Virus record (IMG/VR): IMGVR_UViG_638341087_000014
Coordinates: 1-34,255 of that record
DNA: 34,255 nt
From: a virus
Lineage: Duplodnaviria; Heunggongvirae; Uroviricota; Caudoviricetes
Strand: one strand, 5' to 3'
The notes beneath the pieces are model-generated. The model saw only the letters and a list, made by a program, of their open reading frames with translations, was not told the origin of the DNA and did not search any database. The translations under genes were made by a program, and so were the position numbers. Below, in pieces: positions 7,717-17,518 of this stretch. Position 1 is the stretch's first letter. Each line of letters opens with the position of its first letter.

Positions 7717-8115
7717 ATGATGGAAAAAACAGAAAACAAACCGATTGCAATTGGTGCTGATGCTGCTCCGTTTAAGTTTGAGTTGTCTCAACTGGTGGAG
7801 ATGCGCATCAGTGATGAATGGGGTGAGGTTAAAGCCCGCGCGCAGTATGCGGATGGCGAAAACCAGTACTTGATCCACTACAAGGCAGCTGACGGTCGCG
7901 CCACGACGGAGTGGTTTGGTGAGTCAATGCTGGAAGCAACAGAAGATGATCGTCATCCAGGTTGTCCGGTATTTGCCGGTATGAAATTACCGGAAGGCGC
8001 AGTGGTTGAGCTGCAGCCGGGTGAGATGTTCGTAATGACAGACATCATTGATGGTAAACCGCAGTATTCGCGTATTGAAATGAATGATAAGAGTGCTCGC
8101 CTGATTCGTGAGTAA
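7717..8115 (+). CDS. Hypothetical protein (132 aa), family not recognised
   Basis: Clean ORF with CAGGAGACG before tandem ATGs (7717/7720); no TM or signal peptide; between the lysis cassette and cos. Confidence 0.6.
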   Translation: MMEKTENKPIAIGADAAPFKFELSQLVEMRISDEWGEVKARAQYADGENQYLIHYKAADGRATTEWFGESMLEATEDDRHPGCPVFAGMKLPEGAVVELQPGEMFVMTDIIDGKPQYSRIEMNDKSARLIRE

Positions 8116-8122
8116 CAGGCAT

Positions 8123-8160
8123 TACAGCAGTCCTTCACTCTAAGGGGCTGCTGTAATGTG
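8123..8160 (+). other. Stable hairpin (11-bp perfect stem) just after the 7717-8115 stop
   Basis: CATTACAGCAG ... CTGCTGTAATG inverted repeat; no U-tract on either strand. Confidence 0.4.
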
Positions 8161-8482
8161 AGAAATAAAAAACCGGTCACAGGGAGCAGCTACACAGAAC
8201 CGGCCGGCGAAGACCGCCAATACCACTCATGCATTGATGCAACATACTAATGACAATAGCCGCTATTGATGTAAATGCAACGTTATGCATCAACGAAAAT
8301 AAAAAACCGGCAGGGGAAATCCATTGAAGATTTGCCGGTGGCAAAAGAGGGCCATGTTTTTAACCTTAGTCGCAGAGTTACGGAGTGCAACTACGAATGC
8401 TGCCGGTATATGGCTGAATGGCGTTTCAATGATGTACGTCATCTTATCTGTAAATGTTAATGATAAACGCTCCCATTTGTGC

Positions 8483-8676
8483 GGGTCCTTTCCGGGAGTT
8501 GAAACACCGGGGGTCATAGCACGCGCAAAAACGCGCTATTTATGAAAATTTTTCAGGAAAAAGCATGTCGGTACTTCTCGCGCATAACTATTTGTTTTTT
8601 CTGACATCACATCAGTAAAAGGTCCGACATGAAAACACCCGAAAAAGGACATTTTAAGCGTTTTCATGTCGGACCC
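8483..8676 (+). promoter_or_regulatory. cos site region (cosQ-like, predicted cosN near 8500-8530, cosB-like terminase-binding repeats)
   Basis: GGGTCCTTTCCGG and CGCTATTTATGAAAATTTT are as I recall them flanking lambda cosN; three CATGTCGG-type elements (8564-8574, 8621-8636 inverted, 8660-8675) with a perfect 16-bp inverted repeat, directly upstream of the Nu1-like gene. Confidence 0.6.
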
Positions 8677-8699
8677 TGTATTTGATAGAGAAATGTATT

Positions 8700-9248
8700 G
8701 TGAAAGTTAACAAAAAGAAACTTGCCGAAATTTTCAACGTGGATCCGCGAACGATTGAACGCTGGCAGTCTCAGGGGCTATCTTGCGTCTCCGGAGGTAG
8801 CAAGGGTGTTGAATCTGTGTTTGATACCGCGATGGCAATTCAGTGGTACGCGCAGAGAGAAACTGATATCGAAAACGAAAAGCTCCGCAAAGAACTGGAA
8901 GATTTGCGTGCGGCTGCAGAATCAGATTTACAACCCGGCACCATTGACTATGAACGCTACCGGCTCACCAAAGCACAGGCTGACGCACAGGAGCTGAAAA
9001 ATGCCCGTGAAGAAGGGCTGGTGCTGGAAACGGAATTGTTTACCTTCATTCTGCAACGTGTGGCACAGGAGATTTCGGGGATACTTGTACGTGTGCCGCT
9101 GACATTACAGCGTAAATATCCGGATATTTCACCGTCACACCTTGATGTGGTGAAAACTGAAATCGCGAAAGCCTCCAATGTTGCAGCTAAAGCCGGTGAA
9201 AACGTGGGCAGGTGGATTGATGATTTCAGACGCACAGAAGGCAGCTAA
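8700..9248 (+). CDS. Terminase small subunit (lambda Nu1-like)
   Basis: Strong similarity to lambda Nu1 as I recall it ([59 protein letters not shown]). GTG 8700 chosen by alignment to the lambda N-terminus; track ORF starts at TTG 8682. Confidence 0.9.
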   Translation: MKVNKKKLAEIFNVDPRTIERWQSQGLSCVSGGSKGVESVFDTAMAIQWYAQRETDIENEKLRKELEDLRAAAESDLQPGTIDYERYRLTKAQADAQELKNAREEGLVLETELFTFILQRVAQEISGILVRVPLTLQRKYPDISPSHLDVVKTEIAKASNVAAKAGENVGRWIDDFRRTEGS

Positions 9249-11136
9249 TGCAGCCGGTGCGATAGCTACAGGGCTTTTATCTCTCAATATTCCGGTTCCA
9301 CTGACGACGGTTCAGTGGGCTGATCAACATTATTATCTACCGAAAGAATCTTCATACACTCCCGGACAATGGGAAACCCTGCCGTTTCAGGTTGCCATTA
9401 TGAACAGCATGGGAAATGACCGGATCCGCACCGTTAATCTGATTAAATCGGCGCGCGTTGGTTACACCAAAATGCTGTTGGGGGTGGAGGCTTATTTTAT
9501 TGAGCATAAATCCCGTAACAGTCTGCTTTTTCAGCCAACAGATTCTGCGGCAGAAGATTTCATGAAATCTCATGTTGAGCCAACGATCAGGGATGTCCCT
9601 GCATTGCTGGAGCTGGCTCCATGGTTCGGAAGAAAGCACCGCGATAATACACTCACCCTGAAGCGTTTTTCCTCCGGTGTGGGTTTCTGGTGCCTGGGTG
9701 GTGCCGCTGCTAAAAACTACCGTGAAAAATCTGTGGATGTGGTCTGCTATGACGAACTCTCCTCGTTTGAACCGGATGTGGAAAAAGAAGGTTCGCCGAC
9801 GCTGCTTGGTGATAAACGTATCGAAGGTTCGGTATGGCCTAAATCCATACGCGGCTCAACGCCAAAAATCAAAGGTTCCTGTCAGATTGAGAAAGCCGCG
9901 AATGAATCTGCGCATTTCATGCGGTTTTATGTCCCTTGCCCTCATTGCGGGGAGGCCCAGTATCTGAAGTTTGGTGATGATGCGACGCCGTTTGGCCTGA
10001 AATGGGAGAAGGGTAAACCGGAAACGGTGTATTACCTGTGTGAACATAATGGCTGTGTGATCCGGCAGTCGGAACTCGACCAGACCGACGGACGCTGGAT
10101 TTGTGACAATACCGGGATGTGGACGCGCGACGGCCTGGCATTTTACAGCGCCGGTGATGAGGAGATGCCGCCACCGCGCTCCGTCACTTTCCACATCTGG
10201 ACGGCGTACAGTCCGTTCACCACCTGGGTACAGATTGTTTATGACTGGCTGGATGCGCTGAAGGATCCGAACGGCGTCAAGACGTTTATTAACACCACGC
10301 TCGGGGAACCCTATGAAGAGGCTGTGGCGGAAAAACTGAGCTTTGAGTTGTTGCTGGAAAAAGTCTGTCACTATGGTGCGCAGGTTCCCTTGCGGGTGGT
10401 TTACCTGACTGCCGGGATCGACTCCCAGAAAGATCGCTATGAAATTTATGTGTGGGGCTGGGCTCCCGGCGAAGAAGCCTTTCTGATTGATAAGCAAATT
10501 ATCATGGGGCGACCGGAAGACGAGGACACCCTTAAACGTGTTGATACGGTGATCCGGAAAAAATATCGTCATGCTGACGGTACTGAAATTTCCATTTCCC
10601 GTGTCTGCTGGGATACCGGTGGTATCGACCAGGACATTGTGTATCAACGTTCCAGGAAACACGGCACTTTTTTTGTGCTTCCCATAAAAGGGGCATCGGT
10701 GTACGGCAAGCCGGTGATCACCATGCCCAAAAAGCGCAACCAGCGTGGTGTGTTTTTGTGTGAGGTGGGCTCCGATACCGTCAAGGAAATGCTGTACGCC
10801 CGTTTTGCCCTGCCGGTGGTATCTGCCAGTGAAGCCGCCCCGTACACCTTCCGTTTTCCGGATAACCCCGACATTTTTTCGGAAGAAGAGGCGCGTCAGA
10901 TCGTGGCGGAAGAGCTGGTGGAGAAGGTGGTTAATGGCAGGGTGAAACTGCTGTGGGATAAAAAAGGGCGACGCAACGAAGCCCTCGACTGCCTGGTATA
11001 TGCCTATGCTGCCCTGCGTATTTCAGTTCAGCGGTGGCAGCTGGATCTTGAAGCACTGGCCCGTGCCAGAAGAGATGAGCAGGACGACGATGAGATGAGT
11101 CTGGAAGAAATCGCGGCTGCGCTGAGTGGAGGATAA
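9220..11136 (+). CDS. Terminase large subunit (lambda gpA-like)
   Basis: Near-colinear with lambda gpA ([56 protein letters not shown]). ATG 9220 (GGTGG upstream) fits the lambda N-terminal length better than ATG 9178. Confidence 0.95.
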   Translation: MISDAQKAANAAGAIATGLLSLNIPVPLTTVQWADQHYYLPKESSYTPGQWETLPFQVAIMNSMGNDRIRTVNLIKSARVGYTKMLLGVEAYFIEHKSRNSLLFQPTDSAAEDFMKSHVEPTIRDVPALLELAPWFGRKHRDNTLTLKRFSSGVGFWCLGGAAAKNYREKSVDVVCYDELSSFEPDVEKEGSPTLLGDKRIEGSVWPKSIRGSTPKIKGSCQIEKAANESAHFMRFYVPCPHCGEAQYLKFGDDATPFGLKWEKGKPETVYYLCEHNGCVIRQSELDQTDGRWICDNTGMWTRDGLAFYSAGDEEMPPPRSVTFHIWTAYSPFTTWVQIVYDWLDALKDPNGVKTFINTTLGEPYEEAVAEKLSFELLLEKVCHYGAQVPLRVVYLTAGIDSQKDRYEIYVWGWAPGEEAFLIDKQIIMGRPEDEDTLKRVDTVIRKKYRHADGTEISISRVCWDTGGIDQDIVYQRSRKHGTFFVLPIKGASVYGKPVITMPKKRNQRGVFLCEVGSDTVKEMLYARFALPVVSASEAAPYTFRFPDNPDIFSEEEARQIVAEELVEKVVNGRVKLLWDKKGRRNEALDCLVYAYAALRISVQRWQLDLEALARARRDEQDDDEMSLEEIAAALSGG

Positions 11137-11139
11137 AGA

Positions 11140-11349
11140 ATGGTTTATACGCATGAAATGCTTTGTGATGCCCGCCGGGCATTACATGAACTGATGATCG
11201 GACGTGCTGTGGTTTCCGTCAGTAAGGACGGGCGTCAGGTTCAGTATTCGCGGGCGACGATTGGTGAACTGCGTCAGTATATTGAAGAGCTGGAAAGTGC
11301 GCTGGGCGTATCCGGACGGCGTCGCGGCCCGGCAGGAGTGGGGCTGTGA
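11140..11349 (+). CDS. Head-tail joining protein (lambda gpW-like)
   Basis: 69 aa; resembles lambda W (ARRALHELMIGRAVVSVSKDGRQVQYSRATIGELRQYIEELE...RRRGPAG). Confidence 0.85.
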   Translation: MVYTHEMLCDARRALHELMIGRAVVSVSKDGRQVQYSRATIGELRQYIEELESALGVSGRRRGPAGVGL

Positions 11350-12917
11350 ACGGGGAACTGGTGGACCTTCACGGGCAGCCACTGCGGCAGAGTATGGGGT
11401 ATTCCGGAGGGGGTACCGGATTTGGCGGGCAGCTTGCGGAATGGATGCCTGCACCGGAAAGCGCCGATGTGGCGCTCTTACCTTCCATTCAGCTGGGTAA
11501 CGCCCGTGCGGATGATCTGGTCCGCAATAACGGTATTGCCGCAAACGCCGTTGAAATTCATAAAGACCATATCGTCGGACACATGTTTCGTCTGAGTTAC
11601 CGGCCCAACTGGCGCTGGCTGGGGATGTCGGAAGCCGATTCACATGCCTTTATTGAAGATGTGGAGGCGGCGTGGATGGAATTCTGCGATCCGGTGTTTG
11701 GTTCGATGGATGTGGAGGGGCGTCGCTCGTTTACCGAATTTATTCGTGAAGGGGTGGGCGTTCATACATTTAACGGTGAAATTTTTGTCCAGCCCGTATG
11801 GGATACGGAATCCACGTCATTATTCCGGACGAAATTCAAAACCATCAGCCCGAAACGTGTCAGTACACCCGGTTATGGTACCGGCGATCGTTTTATGCGT
11901 GCCGGGGTGGAAATCAACCGGTACGGAAAAGCACTGGCCTACCATGTTCAGGAAGATGACTGGCCCGGTTACGGTGTCAGCAACTGGACGCGGATTGCGG
12001 CGACGCTGCCCTCCGGGCGACCGGGAATGATCCATGTGTTTCAGCCGCAGGAGGACGGGCAGACGCGCGGGGCCAACCAGTTTTATTCTGTCATGGAGCG
12101 CCTCAAGATGCTCGACACACTGCAGGCCACGCAATTGCAGTCGGCGGTGGTGCGGGCGATGTATGCCGCGACGATTGAATCCACGCTGGATTCGGAAAAA
12201 GCATTTGAATATATCGCCGGGGTGGGAGATGGCGGTAAAAATCCCCTGAACACCATCATGAAAGGCTACGCGCGTTATTACGCCACCAATACGGTAAAGC
12301 TGGGCGGGGTCCGTATTCCGCATCTTTATCCGGGGGATTCACTGAATCTGCAGACAGCGCAGAATGCAGATAATGGTTTCTCTGAACTGGAAAAGGCGCT
12401 GTTACGTTACATCGCTGCCGGACTGGGGGTGTCCTATGAACAGCTTTCCCGTGATTATTCACAGGTCAGTTATTCCAGTGCCAGGGCATCCGCCAATGAG
12501 TCGTGGCGGTATTTTATGGGCAAACGAAAATTTGTGGCCAGCCGGCTGGCATCACAGATGTTTGCCTGCTGGCTGGAGGAAGCTCTTATTCGCGGTGTGA
12601 TCCGCCCGCCGAAATCCCGTTTTTCATTCTGGGAGGCCCGTTCCGGATGGTGTCGTGCCGAGTGGATTGGTGCCGGTCGCATGGCGATTGATGGCCTTAA
12701 GGAAGTGCAGGAAGCGGTGATGCGTATTGAAGGTGGTTTAAGCACGTACGAGAAAGAGCTGGCCCTGATGGGCGATGACTATCAGGAGATTTTCCGCCAG
12801 CAACTGCGTGAAAGCCAGGAGCGACAGGCAGCGGGTCTTCCCCGCCCCATCTGGATAAAGGACACGTTTGTGCAGCAGATCCGACAGACAACGGGAGAAA
12901 AAGGCGATGCGTCGTAA
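11346..12917 (+). CDS. Portal protein (lambda gpB-like)
   Basis: 523 aa colinear with lambda B (GGGTGFGGQ, DGQTRGANQFYSVMERLKMLDTLQ, LLRYIAAGLGVSYEQLSRDY); GTG start overlaps the W stop, AGGAG upstream. Confidence 0.95.
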   Translation: MNGELVDLHGQPLRQSMGYSGGGTGFGGQLAEWMPAPESADVALLPSIQLGNARADDLVRNNGIAANAVEIHKDHIVGHMFRLSYRPNWRWLGMSEADSHAFIEDVEAAWMEFCDPVFGSMDVEGRRSFTEFIREGVGVHTFNGEIFVQPVWDTESTSLFRTKFKTISPKRVSTPGYGTGDRFMRAGVEINRYGKALAYHVQEDDWPGYGVSNWTRIAATLPSGRPGMIHVFQPQEDGQTRGANQFYSVMERLKMLDTLQATQLQSAVVRAMYAATIESTLDSEKAFEYIAGVGDGGKNPLNTIMKGYARYYATNTVKLGGVRIPHLYPGDSLNLQTAQNADNGFSELEKALLRYIAAGLGVSYEQLSRDYSQVSYSSARASANESWRYFMGKRKFVASRLASQMFACWLEEALIRGVIRPPKSRFSFWEARSGWCRAEWIGAGRMAIDGLKEVQEAVMRIEGGLSTYEKELALMGDDYQEIFRQQLRESQERQAAGLPRPIWIKDTFVQQIRQTTGEKGDAS

Positions 12918-14523
12918 TTTATCGCATATTGCCGCCATGGCATTTAATGAGCCGCTTTTACTGGAACCCGCCTATGCGCGGGTTTTCTTTTGCGCGCTGG
13001 GTAAAGAGATGGGGGCCGGCAGCCTTGCCGTTCCTCAGCAGGCTGTTCAGCTTGATGCTGATGGTATGCAACTGGCTGTGACTGACTATATGGCGGGCGG
13101 TCAGCGTCCGGCAAAGAGTTACCAGGTGAAGAATGGCATCGCCATTCTGCCGGTGAGCGGCACGCTGGTGCATAAACTGGGTACCCTGCGGCCTTACTCC
13201 GGCATGACTGGCTATGACGGCCTGACGGCCCGCCTTCAGATGGCGGTGAATGATCCGGATGTGCGTGGCATTTTGCTGGATATCGACAGCCCGGGCGGTC
13301 AGGCTGCCGGGGCGTTTGACTGTGCTGACATGATTTACCGTCTGCGGGAACAGAAGCCCGTGTGGGCGCTGTGTAATGACATGGCCTGTTCAGCCGCCAT
13401 GTTGCTGGCGGCAGCCTGTACCCGTCGGCTGGTCACGCAGACGGCAAAAATTGGTTCGATTGGCGTGATGATGGCGCACACCAGTTACGAGAAACAACTG
13501 GCACAGGAAGGGGTGGACATCACGCTGATTTACTCCGGGCAGCACAAGGTTGACGGCAACAGTATTCAGGCATTGCCGGCAGGTGTGCGTGCAGATTTTC
13601 AGCGCCGTATTGATGAGGCCCGCCGGATGTTTGTCGACAAGGTGGCGCTTTATACGGGGCTGAGTTCAGAGGCGGTGATGAATACCGAGGCTGCCGTTTA
13701 TGACGGTCAGGCAGGCATTGATGCAGGCCTGGCTGATCAACTGATTAATGCTGCAGATGCCGTTGAAGTGATGGTTTCTGCACTGAATGACTCTGTTACG
13801 AAGGAGAATGCAATGACTGTTAAAAATCTCACCGTTGCTGAAGCGGTGGCCCAGGAAAATCAGCGCGTGATGGGGATCCTGAATTGTCAGGAGGCGAAAG
13901 GGCGCGAGCAACTGGCGCAAATGCTGGCAGGTCAACCTGGAATGACGGTTGAGCAGGCGAAAACGTTGCTGGCTGCTGCGCCGGTTGCCGGTACTGACAG
14001 CACGGGTGATCAGATTATGGCGCTGCCGGAAGCAAAGGGGCGTGAGCAACTGGCACAGATGCTGGCAGGTCAACCGGGGATGACGGTGGCGCAGGCGAAA
14101 GCGTTTCTGGCGGCAGCCCCTGCTGCCGGTGCTGCAGGCACAGGCGATCAGATTATGGCGTTACCAGAAGCAAAAGGGCGTGAACAACTCGCGCAGGCGC
14201 TGGCTGAACAGCCGGGAATGACCGTTGACCAGGCCAAAACGTTACTGGCAGCGGCACCGGTTGCGGGTTCTGCAAGTGTCGGCGAGCAGATTATGGCGCT
14301 GCCGGAGGCGAAAGGGCGCGAACAACTTGCACAGGCACTGACAGAACAGCCAGGAATGACGGTGGCGCAGGCGAAAACGCTGCTGGCAGCCGCGCCGGCG
14401 GCATCGCAACCGTCACAGGAAACTCTTTTTGATCGCTTTATGGCACAGCATGCTGCCAGTGCGGTTTCCGGTGGCGGAACTGCCGGGCACGGAGAAGAAG
14501 ATCTGCTGATGAGTATGCCGTAA
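12907..14523 (+). CDS. Head maturation protease / scaffold (lambda gpC-Nu3-like, S49 peptidase family) with expanded C-terminal repeat region
   Basis: N-terminus matches lambda C (IAAMAFNEPLLLEPAYARVFFCAL, SPGG, LVTQTAKIGSIGVMMAH); ATG 12907 overlaps the portal end as in lambda. C-terminal part holds 3.7 tandem 46-aa repeats. Confidence 0.9.
   Translation: MRRNLSHIAAMAFNEPLLLEPAYARVFFCALGKEMGAGSLAVPQQAVQLDADGMQLAVTDYMAGGQRPAKSYQVKNGIAILPVSGTLVHKLGTLRPYSGMTGYDGLTARLQMAVNDPDVRGILLDIDSPGGQAAGAFDCADMIYRLREQKPVWALCNDMACSAAMLLAAACTRRLVTQTAKIGSIGVMMAHTSYEKQLAQEGVDITLIYSGQHKVDGNSIQALPAGVRADFQRRIDEARRMFVDKVALYTGLSSEAVMNTEAAVYDGQAGIDAGLADQLINAADAVEVMVSALNDSVTKENAMTVKNLTVAEAVAQENQRVMGILNCQEAKGREQLAQMLAGQPGMTVEQAKTLLAAAPVAGTDSTGDQIMALPEAKGREQLAQMLAGQPGMTVAQAKAFLAAAPAAGAAGTGDQIMALPEAKGREQLAQALAEQPGMTVDQAKTLLAAAPVAGSASVGEQIMALPEAKGREQLAQALTEQPGMTVAQAKTLLAAAPAASQPSQETLFDRFMAQHAASAVSGGGTAGHGEEDLLMSMP
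13891..14400 (+). repeat. In-frame tandem repeat, 138-bp unit, about 3.7 copies, inside the protease/scaffold gene
   Basis: Copies at 13891-14028, 14029-14166, 14167-14304 and a partial fourth, each encoding EAKGREQLAQ(M/A)L(A/T)(G/E)QPGMTV(E/A/D)QAK(T/A)(L/F)LAAAP...GDQIMALP. Confidence 0.9.
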
Positions 14524-14561
14524 GCGATATCCGGAATTCAGATAAATCAGGAGACTGAAAA

Positions 14562-14897
14562 ATGATTAAAACCACCACGGAAAAGCGCGCGAATGTGCAT
14601 ATTTTTGCCGGAAGCGATCCGGCGCATATTGCAACCGCCACCAGTGGTATCAGTGCTGCCACGCCTGCACTGACGCCACTGATGCTGGATGACGCCACCG
14701 GCAAACTGGTGGCATGGGATGGTCAGAAAGCCGGAACGGCAGTGGGCGTGCTGGCTCTGGCGCTTGCCGGAACAGAACCCACACTGACGTACTACAAAAG
14801 CGGTACGTTTGCCACTGAGTCGCTGGTCTGGCCTGACTCTGTGGATGCGGTGAAAAAAGCCAACGCATTTGTGGAAAGTGCCATCAGCCACGCCTGA
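14562..14897 (+). CDS. Head decoration protein (lambda gpD-like)
   Basis: 111 aa; resembles lambda D (SDPAHIATATSG, TPLMLDDATGKLVAWDG, YYKSGTFATESLVWP); CAGGAGA before the ATG. Confidence 0.9.
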   Translation: MIKTTTEKRANVHIFAGSDPAHIATATSGISAATPALTPLMLDDATGKLVAWDGQKAGTAVGVLALALAGTEPTLTYYKSGTFATESLVWPDSVDAVKKANAFVESAISHA

Positions 14898-14921
14898 TGG
14901 TGAAGTGATTGACTGAAAAAA

Positions 14922-14950
14922 CGGGTCGCGATGCGGCCCGTTTGTGTTTC
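14922..14950 (+). terminator. Terminator-like hairpin between the decoration and major capsid genes
   Basis: A-run, imperfect CGGGTCGCG/GCGGCCCG stem, then TTTGTGTTT. Confidence 0.4.
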
Positions 14951-14966
14951 TGAAGGAAAATAAATT

Positions 14967-15995
14967 ATGGGGTTATTTACCACGCGTCAGTTACTCGGGT
15001 ACACCGAGCAGAAAGTGAAATTTCGTGCGCTGTTTCTGGAGCTGTTCTTTCGTCGCACGATCACTTTCCATACTCAGGAAGTCATGCTGGATAAAATTAC
15101 CGGCAAAACACCGGTTGCGGCGTATGTGTCTCCGGTGGTGTCAGGCAAAGTGCTGCGCAGCCGTGGTGGTGAAACCCGCGTGTTACGTCCCGGTTATGTA
15201 AAACCCAAACACCGCTTTGATTATCAGCAGGCAGTGGAACGTCTTCCGGGGGAAGATCCGGCCCGTCTTAATGACCCGGCCTACCGCCGCCTGCGTATTC
15301 TGACGGACAACCTGAAGCAGGAAGAGCAGGCGATTGTGCAGGTGGAAGAAATGCAGGCGGTCAGTGCCGTTCTGCAGGGTAAGTACACCATGAGCGGGGA
15401 ACAGTTTGAGACGGTGGAAGTGGATTTTGGGCGCTCTGCCACCAATAACATTACTCAGGCTGGCGGCAACAGATGGTCACAGCAGAATGCTGACACCTTT
15501 GATCCAACGCACGATCTGGATGCGTACTGCGATTTTGCCTCCGGGACCATCAATATCGCGATTATGGATGGCACGGTCTGGCGTATGCTGAATGGCTTTA
15601 AGCTTTTCCGTGAAAAACTGGATACCCGTCGTGGTTCAAAATCGGAACTGGAAACCGCGCTGAAAGACCTGGGCTCCGTAGTCTCTTTTAAGGGTTATTA
15701 CGGTGATCTGGCTATTGTGGTGGCGAAAACCGCTTACGTCGATGAAAACGGGGATGAACAGCGTTATCTGCCGGAAGGCACACTGATTCTGGGGAACACT
15801 CAGGCGGAAGGCGTCCGTTGTTATGGTGCCATTCAGGATAATCAGGCACTGAGTGAAGGGATCACCTCTGCGATTCGTTATCCGAAACACTGGTTAGAGG
15901 TGGGGGACCCGGGGTGCGAATATACCATGACGCAGTCTGCGCCGTTGATGGTGCTGCCGGATCCGGATGCGTTTGTGGTGGTTCAGGTGAAATAA
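14967..15995 (+). CDS. Major capsid protein (lambda gpE-like)
   Basis: 342 aa colinear with lambda E (YVSPVVSGKVLRSRGG, PGYVKPKH, VEEMQAVSAVLQGKYTM, RRGSKSELETALKDLG, MTQSAPLM). Confidence 0.95.
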   Translation: MGLFTTRQLLGYTEQKVKFRALFLELFFRRTITFHTQEVMLDKITGKTPVAAYVSPVVSGKVLRSRGGETRVLRPGYVKPKHRFDYQQAVERLPGEDPARLNDPAYRRLRILTDNLKQEEQAIVQVEEMQAVSAVLQGKYTMSGEQFETVEVDFGRSATNNITQAGGNRWSQQNADTFDPTHDLDAYCDFASGTINIAIMDGTVWRMLNGFKLFREKLDTRRGSKSELETALKDLGSVVSFKGYYGDLAIVVAKTAYVDENGDEQRYLPEGTLILGNTQAEGVRCYGAIQDNQALSEGITSAIRYPKHWLEVGDPGCEYTMTQSAPLMVLPDPDAFVVVQVK

Positions 15996-16000
15996 GACGG

Positions 16001-16026
16001 GGCGGGATATTCCCGCCTTTTTCTTT
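16001..16026 (+). terminator. Intrinsic terminator after the major capsid gene
   Basis: GGCGGGA-TAT-TCCCGCC stem-loop followed by TTTTTCTTT, 6 nt after the stop. Confidence 0.6.
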
Positions 16027-16045
16027 AGCGCACGGGAGAGATGTG

Positions 16046-16411
16046 ATGACAAAAGAGCAGATGACTGAACGTTTGCAGGAACTGGCAGTGATTCTGGGGC
16101 GTGAAGCAGATATTTCAGGTTCAAAAGCCGATCTTGAGCAGCGCCTGGCGGAATGGGAAGAGGAGGCCGCCGGATTCGATGGGGAGGAGACAGGGAAGGA
16201 AGAGGTGGGCAACGATGCATCCGGCGACGGAATGCATTCTGAGCGGGGACTCGCCCGGGTGCGTATGCTGAAAACGGCGCATATGCCAGCCTGTGATGCT
16301 GTAACGGGAAAAATGTTGATGTTTGCCCGGGCCTCCAGTGTTGTGCTGGTTAATGAAGCCGCAGTTCCTGCGTTGCTGGCGGACGGTCTGGCAGAAAAAA
16401 TCCGGGAGTGA
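16046..16411 (+). CDS. DNA packaging / head completion protein (lambda gpFI-like)
   Basis: N-terminus MTKEQMTERLQEL resembles lambda FI (MTKDELIARLRSL); position after the capsid gene; C-terminal ERGLARV also resembles lambda FI. Confidence 0.7.
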   Translation: MTKEQMTERLQELAVILGREADISGSKADLEQRLAEWEEEAAGFDGEETGKEEVGNDASGDGMHSERGLARVRMLKTAHMPACDAVTGKMLMFARASSVVLVNEAAVPALLADGLAEKIRE

Positions 16412-16815
16412 TGATGTTAGATAATCTGTTCGATCAGGCCATGAGTGATGCGGATGACATCATCCTGGATACGATGGGGACGGAAATCAGCATATATCCG
16501 GGCGGCACGGAAAGAAGAATCCGTGCCGTTTTTGATGCCCCGGCAGAAAACACCGGGATGAACACTGGCAGCGGCGAAATTCGTAATACTGCGCCAGTTT
16601 TATTTACCCGGAGCGCATGGGTTGCCGGACTGAAAAAATATGACAGGGTCATGATCCACGGTGAACCCTATCAGGTAGTCGATCCCGGCTGGGATGAGTC
16701 GGGTACTGCGGGGCATGGTGTGATTACCATTACTCTCGCGCGGGGAGAACCCGGAAGAAGTACGCCTGCCGCCCCTGTCAGACCGAGTAAACGTTATGGC
16801 AGTCAGAGAGCATGA
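16411..16815 (+). CDS. Head-tail connector (lambda gpFII-like)
   Basis: Resembles lambda FII (DNLFDQAMSDADDII..MGT, RAVFDAP, PVLFTRS); start overlaps the FI-like stop (GTGATGATG). Confidence 0.75.
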   Translation: MMLDNLFDQAMSDADDIILDTMGTEISIYPGGTERRIRAVFDAPAENTGMNTGSGEIRNTAPVLFTRSAWVAGLKKYDRVMIHGEPYQVVDPGWDESGTAGHGVITITLARGEPGRSTPAAPVRPSKRYGSQRA

Positions 16816-17518
16816 ACGAAGCAGTGCCCGGCAGCGACGGCTGGCACGAAACCTCGTCGTCGATATTGATGAAGATGAGGTGCTGAAAATTATCGCTAAA
16901 CTGGGTGGTTCAAAAAGCCAGATCCGTAAAGCCTGGGGCGTGGCGCTGAAAAGAGCCGCGTCCGCACTGCGGATGAAGGCCATGGCAGAGTTTAAAAAAC
17001 AGGTTGCGCCACGCAGTCAGAAAATGATCAAAAACCGTGTCCTGAATGCTTTTATCATTCGTCGAAATGGCGATGAGTTTGATGAGGCGAAGGTATGGTT
17101 TGGCCTGAACGCCATCAAAGTGCGTGACCTGCGCGGACGTATTACCGGCGGAAGGCGTGGCGAACGCCATCAGTTGCGTGATGAACGGGGACGTTTTGCA
17201 CCGGCCACACGCCGAAGACAGGCGAGGGAGATTCGTTTTAAACCTGCCGGGGAGGCAATACCGGTCACCACCTGGTCAGGTGAAGAGGCTTTCATTAATG
17301 AATTTGAGTCTGAAAACCGGAGCGGACGCATTTCACGACGTAAGACGGTCCTGGTCCGGCAGGCATCCGGACGACGAAGGGTACGCGAAGCAGAAATTGA
17401 TATTTATGAAGCCATGCTGAACCGTATAGAGGATTTTGTTTTCCCTGATGCGGAAGCACTGATCCTGAAAAATTTTGAGCATGAACTGAAATTCCGGGTA
17501 TTTAAGGGGCTGGAGTGA
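16796..17518 (+). CDS. Putative virion morphogenesis / tail completion protein (Arg-rich), family not securely recognised
   Basis: 240 aa ORF between head-completion genes and the baseplate module; start overlaps the FII-like gene end. Confidence 0.45.
   Translation: MAVREHERSSARQRRLARNLVVDIDEDEVLKIIAKLGGSKSQIRKAWGVALKRAASALRMKAMAEFKKQVAPRSQKMIKNRVLNAFIIRRNGDEFDEAKVWFGLNAIKVRDLRGRITGGRRGERHQLRDERGRFAPATRRRQAREIRFKPAGEAIPVTTWSGEEAFINEFESENRSGRISRRKTVLVRQASGRRRVREAEIDIYEAMLNRIEDFVFPDAEALILKNFEHELKFRVFKGLE

Noticed and set aside
9856-10662. 268-aa minus-strand ORF inside the large terminase gene
   Set aside because: Fully antisense to a highly conserved gpA-like gene; such long antisense ORFs are common in GC-balanced coding DNA.
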